Origin: Candidatus Tectimicrobiota bacterium
Lineage (GTDB): Bacteria > JACPUC01
Assembly: GCA_016192455.1 (NCBI GenBank)
Contig: JACPUC010000029.1
Location: forward strand, 1 to 64,000
Direction of reading: 5' to 3'
DNA: 64,000 nucleotides
Shown here one piece after another: positions 32,052 through 43,205 of the stretch. The notes beneath the pieces were generated by a model that had not been told where the DNA came from, searched no databases, and saw nothing but the letters and a program-made list of their open reading frames with translations. The translations under genes and the position numbers were made by a program. Numbering within the stretch: the first letter of the stretch is position 1; each line of letters starts with the position of its first letter.

Positions 32052-35000
32052 TCACCGCTGCCCCAGCTCCCCTGCCGCCATGCCGAGGGTGTCACTCGAG
32101 ATGAGCGCGGCAAGCCCGACGTCGACGCTGGAGCTGACCTCCAGGTAGGAGGTGAGCAGGCCGAGCTGCAACGAGGCCGGGAAGACCTCGTTCACGCTGA
32201 GCACCATGCGGCTGCGCGGCGCCAGCGTAAGACTCTCCGTGGTGCCCTTCGCGCCTCCGGCTTCGTAGGCGGTAACGCTCACGGACGCCTCTGTTTCGCT
32301 CGTGTTGATCAGGAACAGGGTGGTGTCAAAGTCGGTCCCTGCCACGTTGGCGACGGAGAACGGCAGCACCTGGGTGGACGCCGGGGCAACGGCGTGCAGC
32401 ACGTCCAGGCTCCTGAAGCGCTCATCCATGTTCGCCATGGTCACCTGCACCCGGGTGTCCGACTCGACGAGGATGAAGCCGCTGCTGGCGCCGGGGAAAA
32501 ATCCCTGCACGGAGTTGAAGACGACCGAGCGCGGCTCGATGGTGTTGAACGCGGAGACGATCTCGCGGCCGCTATCCTCGATGGCGGTCAGACGAATCTT
32601 CGCCTCCTCCGAGGTGTTGTTAACGATGGAGAGGACCGAGAAGAAGCCGCCCTCGAGGTAGGCCGGGATAACGGCGGTGAAGCTCACCGCCTCCTGGGGC
32701 AGCGGTTGTCCCTGCTCAACCACGACGACCTGCGCCGTGGCCGAGGTGCCGGAGACCGGGTCGCTGGCGGTGATGACCACCGCGCCGGCGATCACGCCGG
32801 TCACCGCGCCCGCGTTGTTCACCGTGGCGGTATTCGGATCGCTTGACGTGACCGTCACCGAGAAGCCGCCGGTGATGGTGAGCTGGCGGGTCTCGCCGAT
32901 CTCGACGACGAGCCGCGGCGGAGTGATCTCCACAGGAGTCGCCTCCACGATGGAGGCGGTGGCGGTGAGGCGCTGCGGCGTATACGGGAACTGCGCCCCC
33001 GCCGGCGTCGTATCCGTCACCGCCACCTGGATTTGCCCGCCCGCCGCCACCTGGATGCTCAGCCCTTGACGAGTGGAGCCGCCGGTCAACGCGATGGACC
33101 CCTGGAAGATGCCGGTGTCAAGGCCGGTTTCGACGAGCTCGAAAGGCGTCCCCGCAACGTCGCTCGCCGAGGTGATCTGCGCCGTGACGCGGTCGATGCG
33201 GGAGCTGTCCTCGTTCGCTTCGCGGTCCCCGTAGCGCACGGTGAGGGACTCGCCGACGATGAAGCTGGAGCGCGCCGACCCCGTCGACGAGAGGAGCTGC
33301 AGCGTGCCGGTGGTAAACTCGACCATGGCGGGAGCGAGGATCGTCTCCGCCTGACCAGCGGCGTTGCGGGCGTCCTGGTAGACCACCTGCACCCCATCGC
33401 CGTTCGCCGCCGCGATGAGGTCCTGGCTGTCCGAGCTGTCGGCCGCGTTGATGCGCCCCTGCGAGGTCCCCGTGTCGTCGCGGTTGCCCGCGGTGCCGAA
33501 GAAGCCGCTGAAAATGCCGCTGTCGTTGCCGGTCTCGACGAGGGTCACCGAGATGCCGGTGTCGGGGTCACTCGAGCTCACCACGCGCACCGTCGCCGTC
33601 TGCACCGAGGTGGCCGAGGTGTTGAGGTCGGCATCCGTCAGCGTCACGGGAATCCGCGATTGGCCTGCGACCGGCCCGGACGTCAGGCGCGAGGGCAGCG
33701 TCACCACCCCGGTGTGCGAGGCGATGGTCGCCGTGGCGGTGCTGAACGTCCCGGCGGGGTTCGCGTCCTGGTAGCGCACCGTGATCGTATCCCCAGGGGT
33801 GACCTCCAGGACCGCCGGCGTACTGGCGACGCCGTCGCGGTTGAAGTCACTCGTGGTGAAGGTGAGGGAGCCGGTGAACACCCCGGTGTTGGGGCCGGTT
33901 TCGGTGAGGAAGAGGTTCGGGTCGTTGTCGCTCGAAGCGGCCCCTGAATCCACGTTCGTGCTCGGATCAGTCGAGTTCGGGTTGGTGGAGCTGAAGGCGA
34001 AGAGGTTGTCCCCTACGACGGTCTGCACGGTGGTGGTGTCGGTGTTCAGGTCGGGATCGGTGAGGGTGATGAGGGCGCGCTGCGTGAGGGTGTAGCGCGA
34101 CGCATCCAGGGCCACCTGGCCGTTCACCTCGCCGACCTCCGCCGTGGCGCGCGCGGCCTGGTCCGCCTGGCCGGTGGCCGTGACGCTGTCGGTGTAGGTC
34201 ACGGTGATGGTGCCGCCCGCGGGGACGTTGATCGTGCCGTCGCCGTTGTTCGGCACCTCCGTGCCGATGGCGACCCTGAAGGCGCCGGTGAAGCGCCCCG
34301 TATCGACGCCGGTCTCGCGCAGCACGATGTTCGGCTCGCTGTCGTTGCTGGAGCTGGTGACATCAGGCGCCGCCGCCCCTTGCAGAGTCTGGATGGTCGT
34401 CGCATCGGTGTTGAGGTCCTGGTCGTCCACCGTGATCGTCACCACCGAGCCATTGCGCACGATGCGCGGCTCCAGGCTCACGGTGCCGGAGAAGGTGGTG
34501 AACTGCGCCGCCGCCGTCACCGTCTGCGCCTCGGCCTGGCCGCTGTTGGCATCGCGGTACTCGACGCGGTAGGAGACGTTGAAGCCGGCATCGAGCTGGT
34601 TGTCGGTGCTGCTCGTATCCGAGAAGTTGAAGGGCAGGCTGGCGGTGAACTCACCGGTGTTCAGACCGGTCTCGGTCAGCTCGATCTCCTCGGTGTTGCC
34701 GTTCCCCCCCAGGACGACGACGTTCACCTCCCCTGGGTCGGTGGTGGTGTTGCCGTTGCCCCGCCGGATGGTGTCGATGTCATTCGGCTTCACGTTGAGG
34801 TCGGGATCGGTGATGGTGATGACCATGCGTTCGCCAAGGCGGAAGCTGGTGGCGTTCAGGGTGATCCTGCCGAGGGCGCCGAGGCTGTAGGCGATCTCCC
34901 GCGAGGTCTGCTGGGTGGTGCCGCTCTCGATGACATCGGGCGCGCCGCTCGTGTAGCGCACCACCAGGGTATCGCCCGTCGCCGTGGCGCCAAGCAGGAA

Positions 35001-35846
35001 GGAAGTCGGCGGGGAGGTCGTGGCGTCGCCGGCGGCAGGCGTGGCGAAGGCAGCCGCGCTGGCGTTCCCCACCACGCCGCCGCCCAGGAAGAGCCCGGTG
35101 TTGTTGCCGGTTTCCCGCAGCACCATCGTGGCGCTCTGCCCCGACAGCGGCGCGCGCACCTCGACGCTCACCGTCTGGCGGCTGAAGGCATCGGTGTTCA
35201 AATCGGGGTCGCGCAGGGCGATGAGGATGTTGTTGTCATCGCCGTTCGTCTCGTTCGGCGTGCCGTCGCCGTCGCGGTTGACGGCGTCAGCCGCCAGGAC
35301 GCTGGCCGTCGAGAGGGAGAAGTCGCCGGTGGTGGTGCCGATGCGCACCGTCTTCGAGCCGGTGTTGCCGGCGGCGTTCGTAAAGCTGACGATGATCGTA
35401 TCGGCCGGCACACTCACGACGAGGACGGCATCGCTTCCCGCCGCGCCGTTGCTGCCGGCAAAGGTGTCGCTGGTGAAGCGCGCGCCGACGCGGTTGTTGT
35501 TGGCCGAGCCGTCGCCTGCCTCGGCATTCACGGCGTCAATCTCGCCGAAACTGTTCGCCAGGGCGCCGGCTGTCTCGCTCAGCACCTTGGTAACCGACGC
35601 CCCTGTCCCCATGGAGGTGAGGGTGACGGTAATCGTCTCGTTGGCGGTGGCGGTGTTCGAGGACAGGTCCACGACCTGGATGAACATCCGGTCCGCGGTC
35701 ACGTTCGGCGGCAGGTAGCTCGGACGATCCAATGAGATGACCGGTGTGGATTGAGCCATCGCCGGAAGGGTTGCGGCCAGCAGCAGCCCGAGCGCCAGCG
35801 CGACGAGGGCGGTCGTTTGGAAGCTTCGATGGTGCCAGAAACTCAC
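32052..35846 (-). CDS. large secreted repetitive surface (S-layer-like) protein
   Basis: Signal peptide ending AMA-Q; Thr/Ser/Gly/Asp-rich; about 7 repeats of DxDLN...LxETGxxTGxFxG; Ig-like (BIG2-type) segment near the C-terminus. Confidence 0.9.
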   Translation of the reverse strand: MSFWHHRSFQTTALVALALGLLLAATLPAMAQSTPVISLDRPSYLPPNVTADRMFIQVVDLSSNTATANETITVTLTSMGTGASVTKVLSETAGALANSFGEIDAVNAEAGDGSANNNRVGARFTSDTFAGSNGAAGSDAVLVVSVPADTIIVSFTNAAGNTGSKTVRIGTTTGDFSLSTASVLAADAVNRDGDGTPNETNGDDNNILIALRDPDLNTDAFSRQTVSVEVRAPLSGQSATMVLRETGNNTGLFLGGGVVGNASAAAFATPAAGDATTSPPTSFLLGATATGDTLVVRYTSGAPDVIESGTTQQTSREIAYSLGALGRITLNATSFRLGERMVITITDPDLNVKPNDIDTIRRGNGNTTTDPGEVNVVVLGGNGNTEEIELTETGLNTGEFTASLPFNFSDTSSTDNQLDAGFNVSYRVEYRDANSGQAEAQTVTAAAQFTTFSGTVSLEPRIVRNGSVVTITVDDQDLNTDATTIQTLQGAAAPDVTSSSNDSEPNIVLRETGVDTGRFTGAFRVAIGTEVPNNGDGTINVPAGGTITVTYTDSVTATGQADQAARATAEVGEVNGQVALDASRYTLTQRALITLTDPDLNTDTTTVQTVVGDNLFAFSSTNPNSTDPSTNVDSGAASSDNDPNLFLTETGPNTGVFTGSLTFTTSDFNRDGVASTPAVLEVTPGDTITVRYQDANPAGTFSTATATIASHTGVVTLPSRLTSGPVAGQSRIPVTLTDADLNTSATSVQTATVRVVSSSDPDTGISVTLVETGNDSGIFSGFFGTAGNRDDTGTSQGRINAADSSDSQDLIAAANGDGVQVVYQDARNAAGQAETILAPAMVEFTTGTLQLLSSTGSARSSFIVGESLTVRYGDREANEDSSRIDRVTAQITSASDVAGTPFELVETGLDTGIFQGSIALTGGSTRQGLSIQVAAGGQIQVAVTDTTPAGAQFPYTPQRLTATASIVEATPVEITPPRLVVEIGETRQLTITGGFSVTVTSSDPNTATVNNAGAVTGVIAGAVVITASDPVSGTSATAQVVVVEQGQPLPQEAVSFTAVIPAYLEGGFFSVLSIVNNTSEEAKIRLTAIEDSGREIVSAFNTIEPRSVVFNSVQGFFPGASSGFILVESDTRVQVTMANMDERFRSLDVLHAVAPASTQVLPFSVANVAGTDFDTTLFLINTSETEASVSVTAYEAGGAKGTTESLTLAPRSRMVLSVNEVFPASLQLGLLTSYLEVSSSVDVGLAALISSDTLGMAAGELGQR

Positions 35847-36006
35847 GATCTCACTCCTTCCGATCCCATGCTCAGGTTCTTCGCCGATACCAGGCCGCCG
35901 GCAGCCGACCCGCAGCCTGGGGGGAGCCAGCCATCCTCGATGCCCCCTCCCCCTGACGCTCGTGGAAGTAATATCGCCTCCCCTTCTTCCCTTGTCGTGA
36001 GGAAGT

Positions 36007-36035
36007 TTTACCGGAGTCCCTGGTAAATTTTACCA
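36007..36035. promoter_or_regulatory. candidate operator upstream of the surface-protein gene
   Basis: Perfect palindrome TGGTAAA-T-TTTACCA (36021-36035) plus a third TTTACC (36007-36012). Confidence 0.4.
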
Positions 36036-36342
36036 AGCGAGCCCGGCGCCCCACCTCGCCCGCCCCCCTCGCAGGGCCAGCGCCGGAACGCCGCCGCGCT
36101 CCCCGCGGCTGCGGGCAACCTCGCGGCCCCTCGAGCCAATCCCGCCCTCCCACCTTCCCAGCCATTGCAACCGGCGGGCCAAACTCCGCCCGTTGCTGCG
36201 ATCTCTGCGAAGACCTGGCGCGGCAAAACCCTGCGTCTCGGTGCGAGCAGAGGTCCAGGAGTGGGCATGCGATGCTCGCGGCTTCGTTGCCCGCCTGCTT
36301 CAGGCACGCAGGGTGGTCGAGAAGTCCTGTCCTCCTTTACAA

Positions 36343-37413
36343 TCACGGGCCTTCCCCAGGGTCTCTCAACGGGCGTCGCAAGATCTCCTCCAGGTTCACC
36401 CCTTGCCGATCCAGCTCCGTGATGGCCTGCTTCAGGTTCATCCCTTCCCGCCGCAACTGCCTGGCGATCTCCTCCACGCTGAACCCGTACCGCCTCATAT
36501 CCAAGGCGCGGTCCACGGGCACTCCAGCCTTCTCAAGCGTCTCCCGAAGACCCTCGACGCCGCGCGGGGGAGCGCCCCGTTCCGTTCCAGACGGTTGGAC
36601 CTGCCGAGGTGGCTGCGATATTTCCAGCGGGTACTCGCCGCCGTACCCTGGGGGAAGAATGCCGGTGCCCTGCCAGCGGATGGAGGGTTGGGGTTGGGGC
36701 CGCCCGTCGCCGGCCCCGCCAGGGGGTTGAGGAGAGGCGACTCTCTGCCCAGCCGAGGTGGTCTCCTGTTCGGCGCCGAGGAGGTCCATCAGGTCGACCT
36801 CGGGAAAGTAGCCCAGCTTGGCCGCCGCGACGGCGATGATCCCAAACCCCACCAGGGCGTACGTGACGTAGCGGGTGGCGCCGCTGAACAAGCCCACCCC
36901 CAGGGCTCGGGCGGCTCGCGGCAGCAGGCCCTCCCGCGCGTCCCGCCGATGGGGAACGAGCTGGACGCGCACCCGGGGGTCGGCGGCGAGCTTGCGCGCC
37001 AGCTTGAACTCGGCCTGGCCGCGGGTCACCACGATGACGCGAACCTTCGCCTGCTTCAGGCAGGAGCGCCAGCGGCGCGGGGTCGCGGCGTCGCGCAGGG
37101 TGGAGGCGGTCTCGAAGAAGTAGGCCCGCCAGCGCCCGCGGCGTTTCACCAGCAGGTCGGGTTTCACCGCCTGCCACTCCCCAGGGACATCCTCATACTC
37201 CTCCAGGTGAGGCGTGTAGACCATGTAGTGTCGCCGCTCATAGGACTCAGCCAGGGAGGCGAGGAGGTTGAGCTGCAGCCAGCGCTCCACCTCCTGCACC
37301 GGCGCCTGCGCCTGCTGCGCCACCGCCTCCAGCGCCTCGCCGCGCGCCACGCGCCGCACCACCTCGCGCTTCCGCGCAGTGCTCCATCTTGGCACGCCCG
37401 GTTGCCCTTCCAT
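36343..37413 (-). CDS. hypothetical protein: HTH + PD-(D/E)XK-like + TM helix
   Basis: RWSTARKREVVRRVARGEALEAVA...EVERW HTH-like N-terminus; KPDLLV...FET; TM segment YALVGFGIIAVAAA; GGAG RBS. Confidence 0.75.
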   Translation of the reverse strand: MEGQPGVPRWSTARKREVVRRVARGEALEAVAQQAQAPVQEVERWLQLNLLASLAESYERRHYMVYTPHLEEYEDVPGEWQAVKPDLLVKRRGRWRAYFFETASTLRDAATPRRWRSCLKQAKVRVIVVTRGQAEFKLARKLAADPRVRVQLVPHRRDAREGLLPRAARALGVGLFSGATRYVTYALVGFGIIAVAAAKLGYFPEVDLMDLLGAEQETTSAGQRVASPQPPGGAGDGRPQPQPSIRWQGTGILPPGYGGEYPLEISQPPRQVQPSGTERGAPPRGVEGLRETLEKAGVPVDRALDMRRYGFSVEEIARQLRREGMNLKQAITELDRQGVNLEEILRRPLRDPGEGP

Positions 37414-37994
37414 CAGAGATCTCCGCGCTCTCCGAACCCGCCAGGCAATCCGCTGTCAAAAGTAGGTATGGGTAACAGCGGATGTTTTTCTTGGGCTTGG
37501 GGTACTCTCCTTCCGTCTTTCTCGGGGAAAGCATCGCCTGCGCAGACAAATCGTGCCCTCCGCGCCCAGCTCGACGGGCAACGATCTCTCTCCACGGCCA
37601 TGCGGGAGGACGAGTGGGCCTGCCGGCGCCGACCGTTCGCGAACGTTGCGAGCCGCGTGGCGCCTCTGCAGCCCGGCAGCGGAAGTATCTTTCTTCATGC
37701 TCTCTATCTTTGCAGACATCCGCCTCGCAGCGAAGTTCCACGCCTCGGCCGTCGGCGTCCCGCTCCTCGATGGACCAAGGTCGTCGTCGATCTCCTGTGG
37801 CGGGAGCGCCCGGTGGGATCGTAAAATAAGAAGAGGAGGGGACTCTTGCCGAGGCCGGTGAAGGTGCGGAGAGGCCTACGCAACACTCGCATCCTGGCGC
37901 CGTGGCGGATGTTCCTCCGCCTGGATGCGCAGGTTCAGGGAGGCGCCGGTCGCCCTCGGCGGCTCCAGGGAACAGCCGCGGAAAGGAGACGCGC

Positions 37995-39413
37995 GTGAAG
38001 CGGAGACTCGTCTGGCTCCTCATTCTGATCGCGGCGCTCCTCGGGGCGGGGTACGGGTACACCGCGTACCGGTCCAGCGCCGCCACACCCACCCAAGAAT
38101 CCCGCTTCCGCTTCGCCAAGGTGGTGCGCGGCGACCTCCGGGCCACGGTCACGGCAACCGGCGAGCTGCAACCGGTCACCCTCGTGCAGGTTGGCAGCCA
38201 AGTCTCCGGAACCATCAAGGCGCTGTCTGCCGACTTCAACACGAAGGTGACGAAGGGCATGGTCCTGGCGCAGCTCGATCCCGCCCCGCGGCAGGCCCAG
38301 GCCGATCAATCGCGCGCCCGCCTGGCAGGGGCGCAGGCCACGCTCATCAAACGCGAGGCGGAGATCACCGTCATCGAGGCGAACCTGGAGAACGCGCGCG
38401 CCGATGCACGGGGGGCGCGCGCCAGCCTGGCGAAGGTGAAGATCGATCTGGAGGACACCCAGCGCGAAGCCAGGCGGTACGAGCAGCTCTACCGCGACGG
38501 CATCATCTCGGCCAGCCAGCGCGACTCCAAGATCGTCGCCAGCGACAGCGCCAAGGTGCAGGACGAGGGTGAGGCGGCGAAGCTCGCCGGCGCCGACGCC
38601 CGGGCCAAGAGCCTGCAGAACCAGCTTCAGGTGGCGCGGGCGGAGCGCAGCCTGGTTCTGGCGGACATTAAGGCGGCCCAGGCCGAGCTGCGTCTCAACG
38701 AGACGAACCTCTCCTACACCACGATCGCCTCGCCGATCGACGGCATCGTCATCTCGCGCAACGTGGATGTCGGCCAGACCGTGGCGGCGACGTTCCAGGC
38801 GCCGGTCCTGTTCACGATCGCGCAGGACCTCACCACGATGCAGGTGCGGGCGCGGGTCGATGAGGCGGATGTCGGGGTCATCAAGGTGGGGAACCAGGCC
38901 ACCTTCAAGGTGGACGCCTTCCCCAACGAGGTCTTCTCCGGGCGCGTGCATGAAATCCGCAATGCCGCGGCCATTGTCCAGAACGTCGTCACCTATGAGA
39001 CGATCATCGATGTAGCGAACCGGGAAGGGAAATTGCGCCCCGGCATGACGGCCACGGTCACCGTTGTCGTGGCGGACCAGCAGGGCGTCCTGAAGGTGCC
39101 GACCGAAGCCCTCGCCTTCATCCCCCCCGTCCTGCGCCGCGGCGGTCCCGCCGCCGAGCGCTTCAAGGAGGCGATGGCGCGGTTTCCCGAGCGCTTCCGA
39201 GACCCCAAGGTTTGGGTCTACGATGGGGTCCGGCAGCGTCCCAGCCCGATGCCGATCACGACCGGCTTCGCCGACGAGACGATGACCGAGCTGCGCGGCG
39301 ATGGGCTCAAGGAGGGCGCCGAGGTCATTGTCGGGGTGGAGGCGCCGGCGGGCGCGGCGCCGTTCGGGCAGAACCGCTTAAACCAGTTCGGCCGTCGCTT
39401 GGGGAGCAGGTAA
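37995..39413 (+). CDS. efflux periplasmic adaptor subunit (MacA/HlyD-like)
   Basis: VGSQVSG, IASPIDGIV, GQTVAA and LRPGMTA; AAGGAG RBS before GTG. Confidence 0.93.
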   Translation: MKRRLVWLLILIAALLGAGYGYTAYRSSAATPTQESRFRFAKVVRGDLRATVTATGELQPVTLVQVGSQVSGTIKALSADFNTKVTKGMVLAQLDPAPRQAQADQSRARLAGAQATLIKREAEITVIEANLENARADARGARASLAKVKIDLEDTQREARRYEQLYRDGIISASQRDSKIVASDSAKVQDEGEAAKLAGADARAKSLQNQLQVARAERSLVLADIKAAQAELRLNETNLSYTTIASPIDGIVISRNVDVGQTVAATFQAPVLFTIAQDLTTMQVRARVDEADVGVIKVGNQATFKVDAFPNEVFSGRVHEIRNAAAIVQNVVTYETIIDVANREGKLRPGMTATVTVVVADQQGVLKVPTEALAFIPPVLRRGGPAAERFKEAMARFPERFRDPKVWVYDGVRQRPSPMPITTGFADETMTELRGDGLKEGAEVIVGVEAPAGAAPFGQNRLNQFGRRLGSR

Positions 39414-39423
39414 GGGGCGCGGG

Positions 39424-40322
<899 letters not shown>

Positions 40323-40326
<4 letters not shown>

Positions 40327-41540
40327 ACGTCTGGATCGCCCTGCGCGTTGCTCTGCGGTCGCTCAGCAAGAACACCCTGCGGACCGCCCTGACGGCCCTC
40401 GGCGTGATCATCGGCGTGGGGGCGGTGATCGCCATGGTGAGCATCGGCGAGGGGGCCAAGGTCTCGGTGCAGGCTTCTATCGACCGTCTGGGGACGAACG
40501 TGATTATGGCGTTCGCGGGGAGCACGATGCGCGGCGGCGCCCACGGAGGTGTCGGCAGCACGTCCACGCTCACCGATGAGGATGCCGCGGCGATCGCGCG
40601 CGAGTGCCCAGCCGTGCAGTACGTCAGCCCCGGCGTGCGGCGCCCCGCCCAGGTGGTCTACGGCAACCGCAACTGGTCCACCAACGTGAACGGCAATGGA
40701 CATGCCTACCAGTACATCCGCGACTGGCCCATGGCGCGCGGCTCCTTCTACACCCAGCGGCACGAGGCCACGGCGGCGAAAGTGGCGGTGGTCGGGGCGA
40801 CAGTGGTGAAGAACCTCTTCCCCGATGTCGATCCCGTCGGCGTCACCCTGCGCATCAGCAACATTCCCTTCCGGGTCATCGGCGTGCTTTCGGAGAAGGG
40901 CTCGAACGCCTTCGGGCAGGATCAGGACGATGTCGTCATGATCCCGTACACGACAGCCCAGAAACGCCTCATGGGGATCACCAACATCAGCGCCATCCTC
41001 GTCTCCGCCAAGTCCAGCGGCCAGGTGCAGGAGGCGGTGCGCCAGATCACCTCCGTGCTGCGCCGGCGTCACCGCCTGCAGCCTGGCGCCCCGAATGACT
41101 TCTTTGTGCGCACGCAGCTCGAGTTCTCGGAGACCGCCAGCGAGTCGAACCGCATCATGACCCTCCTGCTTGGCAGCATCGCCGCCATCTCGCTCCTCGT
41201 GGGCGGCATCGGCATCATGAACATCATGCTCGTCTCGGTGACGGAGCGCACCCGCGAGATCGGCATCCGCATGGCGGTGGGCGCGAAACGCGGCGACATC
41301 CTCCTGCAGTTCCTCATCGAGGCGGTGGTCCTCAGCCTCCTGGGGGGTATCATCGGGGTGGCGACCGGCATCGCCACGGCCAAGGTCATCACCTGGCTTG
41401 CCGGCTGGCCGACCCTGGTGGGCGTGCAGGCCATCCTCCTGGCCTTCGGCTTCGCCGTGCTCATCGGCCTCTTCTTCGGCTACTACCCCGCCCGCGCCGC
41501 CTCCGCCCTCAACCCCATCGACGCGCTGCGGTATGAGTAG
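40323..41540 (+). CDS. ABC transporter permease (MacB-like)
   Basis: GGIGIMNIMLVSVTERTREIGIR, LNPIDALRYE. Confidence 0.96.
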
Positions 41541-41744
41541 GGACGATGGTTTGGCGCGACCGCGGGGTTTTGGCGCCGCCGCCGTCGCGGGAGTATGGTA
41601 GAGGATGGCGCCTCGTCCGGTCAGGATGTCAGTGGTGATCCGCACGTCGTTGAGGCGCTGCTATTCAGACTTGCGGCGGGAGGCTATTCGTGCCATGCTC
41701 AAGCCTCACACATGATGTTGAGACGATGAGATTGGAGTCACTTG

Positions 41745-42968
41745 ATGCCCAAGGATTACAGCCCGTTCACCCCAGGCCAACCGGTACCGATTGAGTTTTT
41801 TATTGGCCGTCTAGCAGAAGTCTCTCGACTGACGGATCACGCGGCGAGGGCCGCGGCTGGAAGGCTTCAGGTCGCATTCCTAAGTGGTGAGCGCGGAATC
41901 GGCAAGAGTTCGCTTGCTTCTTTTGTACGAATCATTACTGAACGGGATCATGGCGCCCTGGGCCTTCACGCTTTTCTTGGAGGCGTTTCCTCGATGGAGG
42001 AAATGGCGCGCCGGGTCTTTGACCGGCTTCTCAAAGAGAGTCTTGGGAAAAGCTGGGAGGGCAGAGTCACAGATTTCTTTGGCAACCACATTAAACGGGT
42101 CGGGCTGTTCGGTGTCAGCGTCGAGTTCGGAGCGCCAGAGAAAGATCTTCGGCGAATGGTCCACGATTTCGCGCCTGCCCTTCGGAACCTCATGGAACGG
42201 CTCAAAGACGTGAAGAAAGCTGTGTTTCTTGTATTGGATGACATCAATGGGCTTGCCTCCTCTTTGGAGTTTGCCAACTGGATCAAGAGCTTGGTGGACG
42301 AGATTGCAACGGCCCGTGAACCGCTTCCGCTTTGCCTCGTTCTGGTGGGTTTAGAAGAGCGTCGGCAGTCCCTTGTCCAACTTCAGCCATCCTTGGCCCG
42401 TGTCTTCGACCTCATAGAAATCAAGGCATGGTCAAACAGTGAGACCCGAGACTTCTTTCGCAGCGCCTTCTCGACCGTCAACGTTGCGGTGGACGATGAG
42501 AATCTGACATTTCTGGCTCGATTCGCTGGTGGCCTTCCTGTCCTGGCGCACGAGATTGGCGACGCAACGTTCAAATTTGTCCGTGACAATCGGATTGACG
42601 ATGATGTTGCTCTCAAGGGTGTGATTACAGCGGCGGAAATCATTGGGCGGAAGCATCTGGAACCACAAGTGTTTCAGGAGATTCGTAGTGACCGTTACCG
42701 CACCATCCTCCGCAAGATCGCAAAGAAGCCCTTCCAAATCCGTTTTAAGAGGGCCGAACTGCGCGAACATTTGACCTCGGACGAGCAAGATGTACTTCAT
42801 AATTTTCTGCGCCGCATGGTGAAATTGGATGTGATCCACTCCGATCCCGAGGGTGGGCGTGGAGCCTATAGGTTTACGAATGAATTGCATTACCTCTATT
42901 TCCTGCTCGAAGGGGACGCGCGCGGAGACGCGGACGTGGAGCCGGAGCGGATGAGTGAGGGGGATTGA
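41745..42968 (+). CDS. P-loop ATP-binding protein (AAA/STAND-like) with probable C-terminal winged helix
   Basis: SPFTPG, FIGR, Walker A GERGIGKSS, Walker B FLVLDD; lower GC than the flanks. Confidence 0.88.
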   Translation: MPKDYSPFTPGQPVPIEFFIGRLAEVSRLTDHAARAAAGRLQVAFLSGERGIGKSSLASFVRIITERDHGALGLHAFLGGVSSMEEMARRVFDRLLKESLGKSWEGRVTDFFGNHIKRVGLFGVSVEFGAPEKDLRRMVHDFAPALRNLMERLKDVKKAVFLVLDDINGLASSLEFANWIKSLVDEIATAREPLPLCLVLVGLEERRQSLVQLQPSLARVFDLIEIKAWSNSETRDFFRSAFSTVNVAVDDENLTFLARFAGGLPVLAHEIGDATFKFVRDNRIDDDVALKGVITAAEIIGRKHLEPQVFQEIRSDRYRTILRKIAKKPFQIRFKRAELREHLTSDEQDVLHNFLRRMVKLDVIHSDPEGGRGAYRFTNELHYLYFLLEGDARGDADVEPERMSEGD

Positions 42969-43022
42969 CGCATTGAATAGAAAATCCAGAGACTAGCCCA
43001 GGTGCTGAAAGGGGGATTACGT

Positions 43023-43051
43023 TTGACAAAATTCCTTGTTTTTTCTACGGT
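43023..43051 (+). promoter_or_regulatory. sigma70-type promoter candidate for the threonine ammonia-lyase gene
   Basis: TTGACA-N17-TACGGT in an AT-rich patch. Confidence 0.45.
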
Positions 43052-43205
43052 ATCCTATATGGCCTGGATGCTCTTGTGAAATCGCTGTAGTGACCCCGAA
43101 AAGTTGGCGGAGCGACGGCGCGTCGAGGTAGAGACCGGCACTGCCAGCCGCGTCGCCTCGGGCCGCTAGAGCACGGCGCCAACGAACCACTCCCTGCTTC
43201 TCCGC

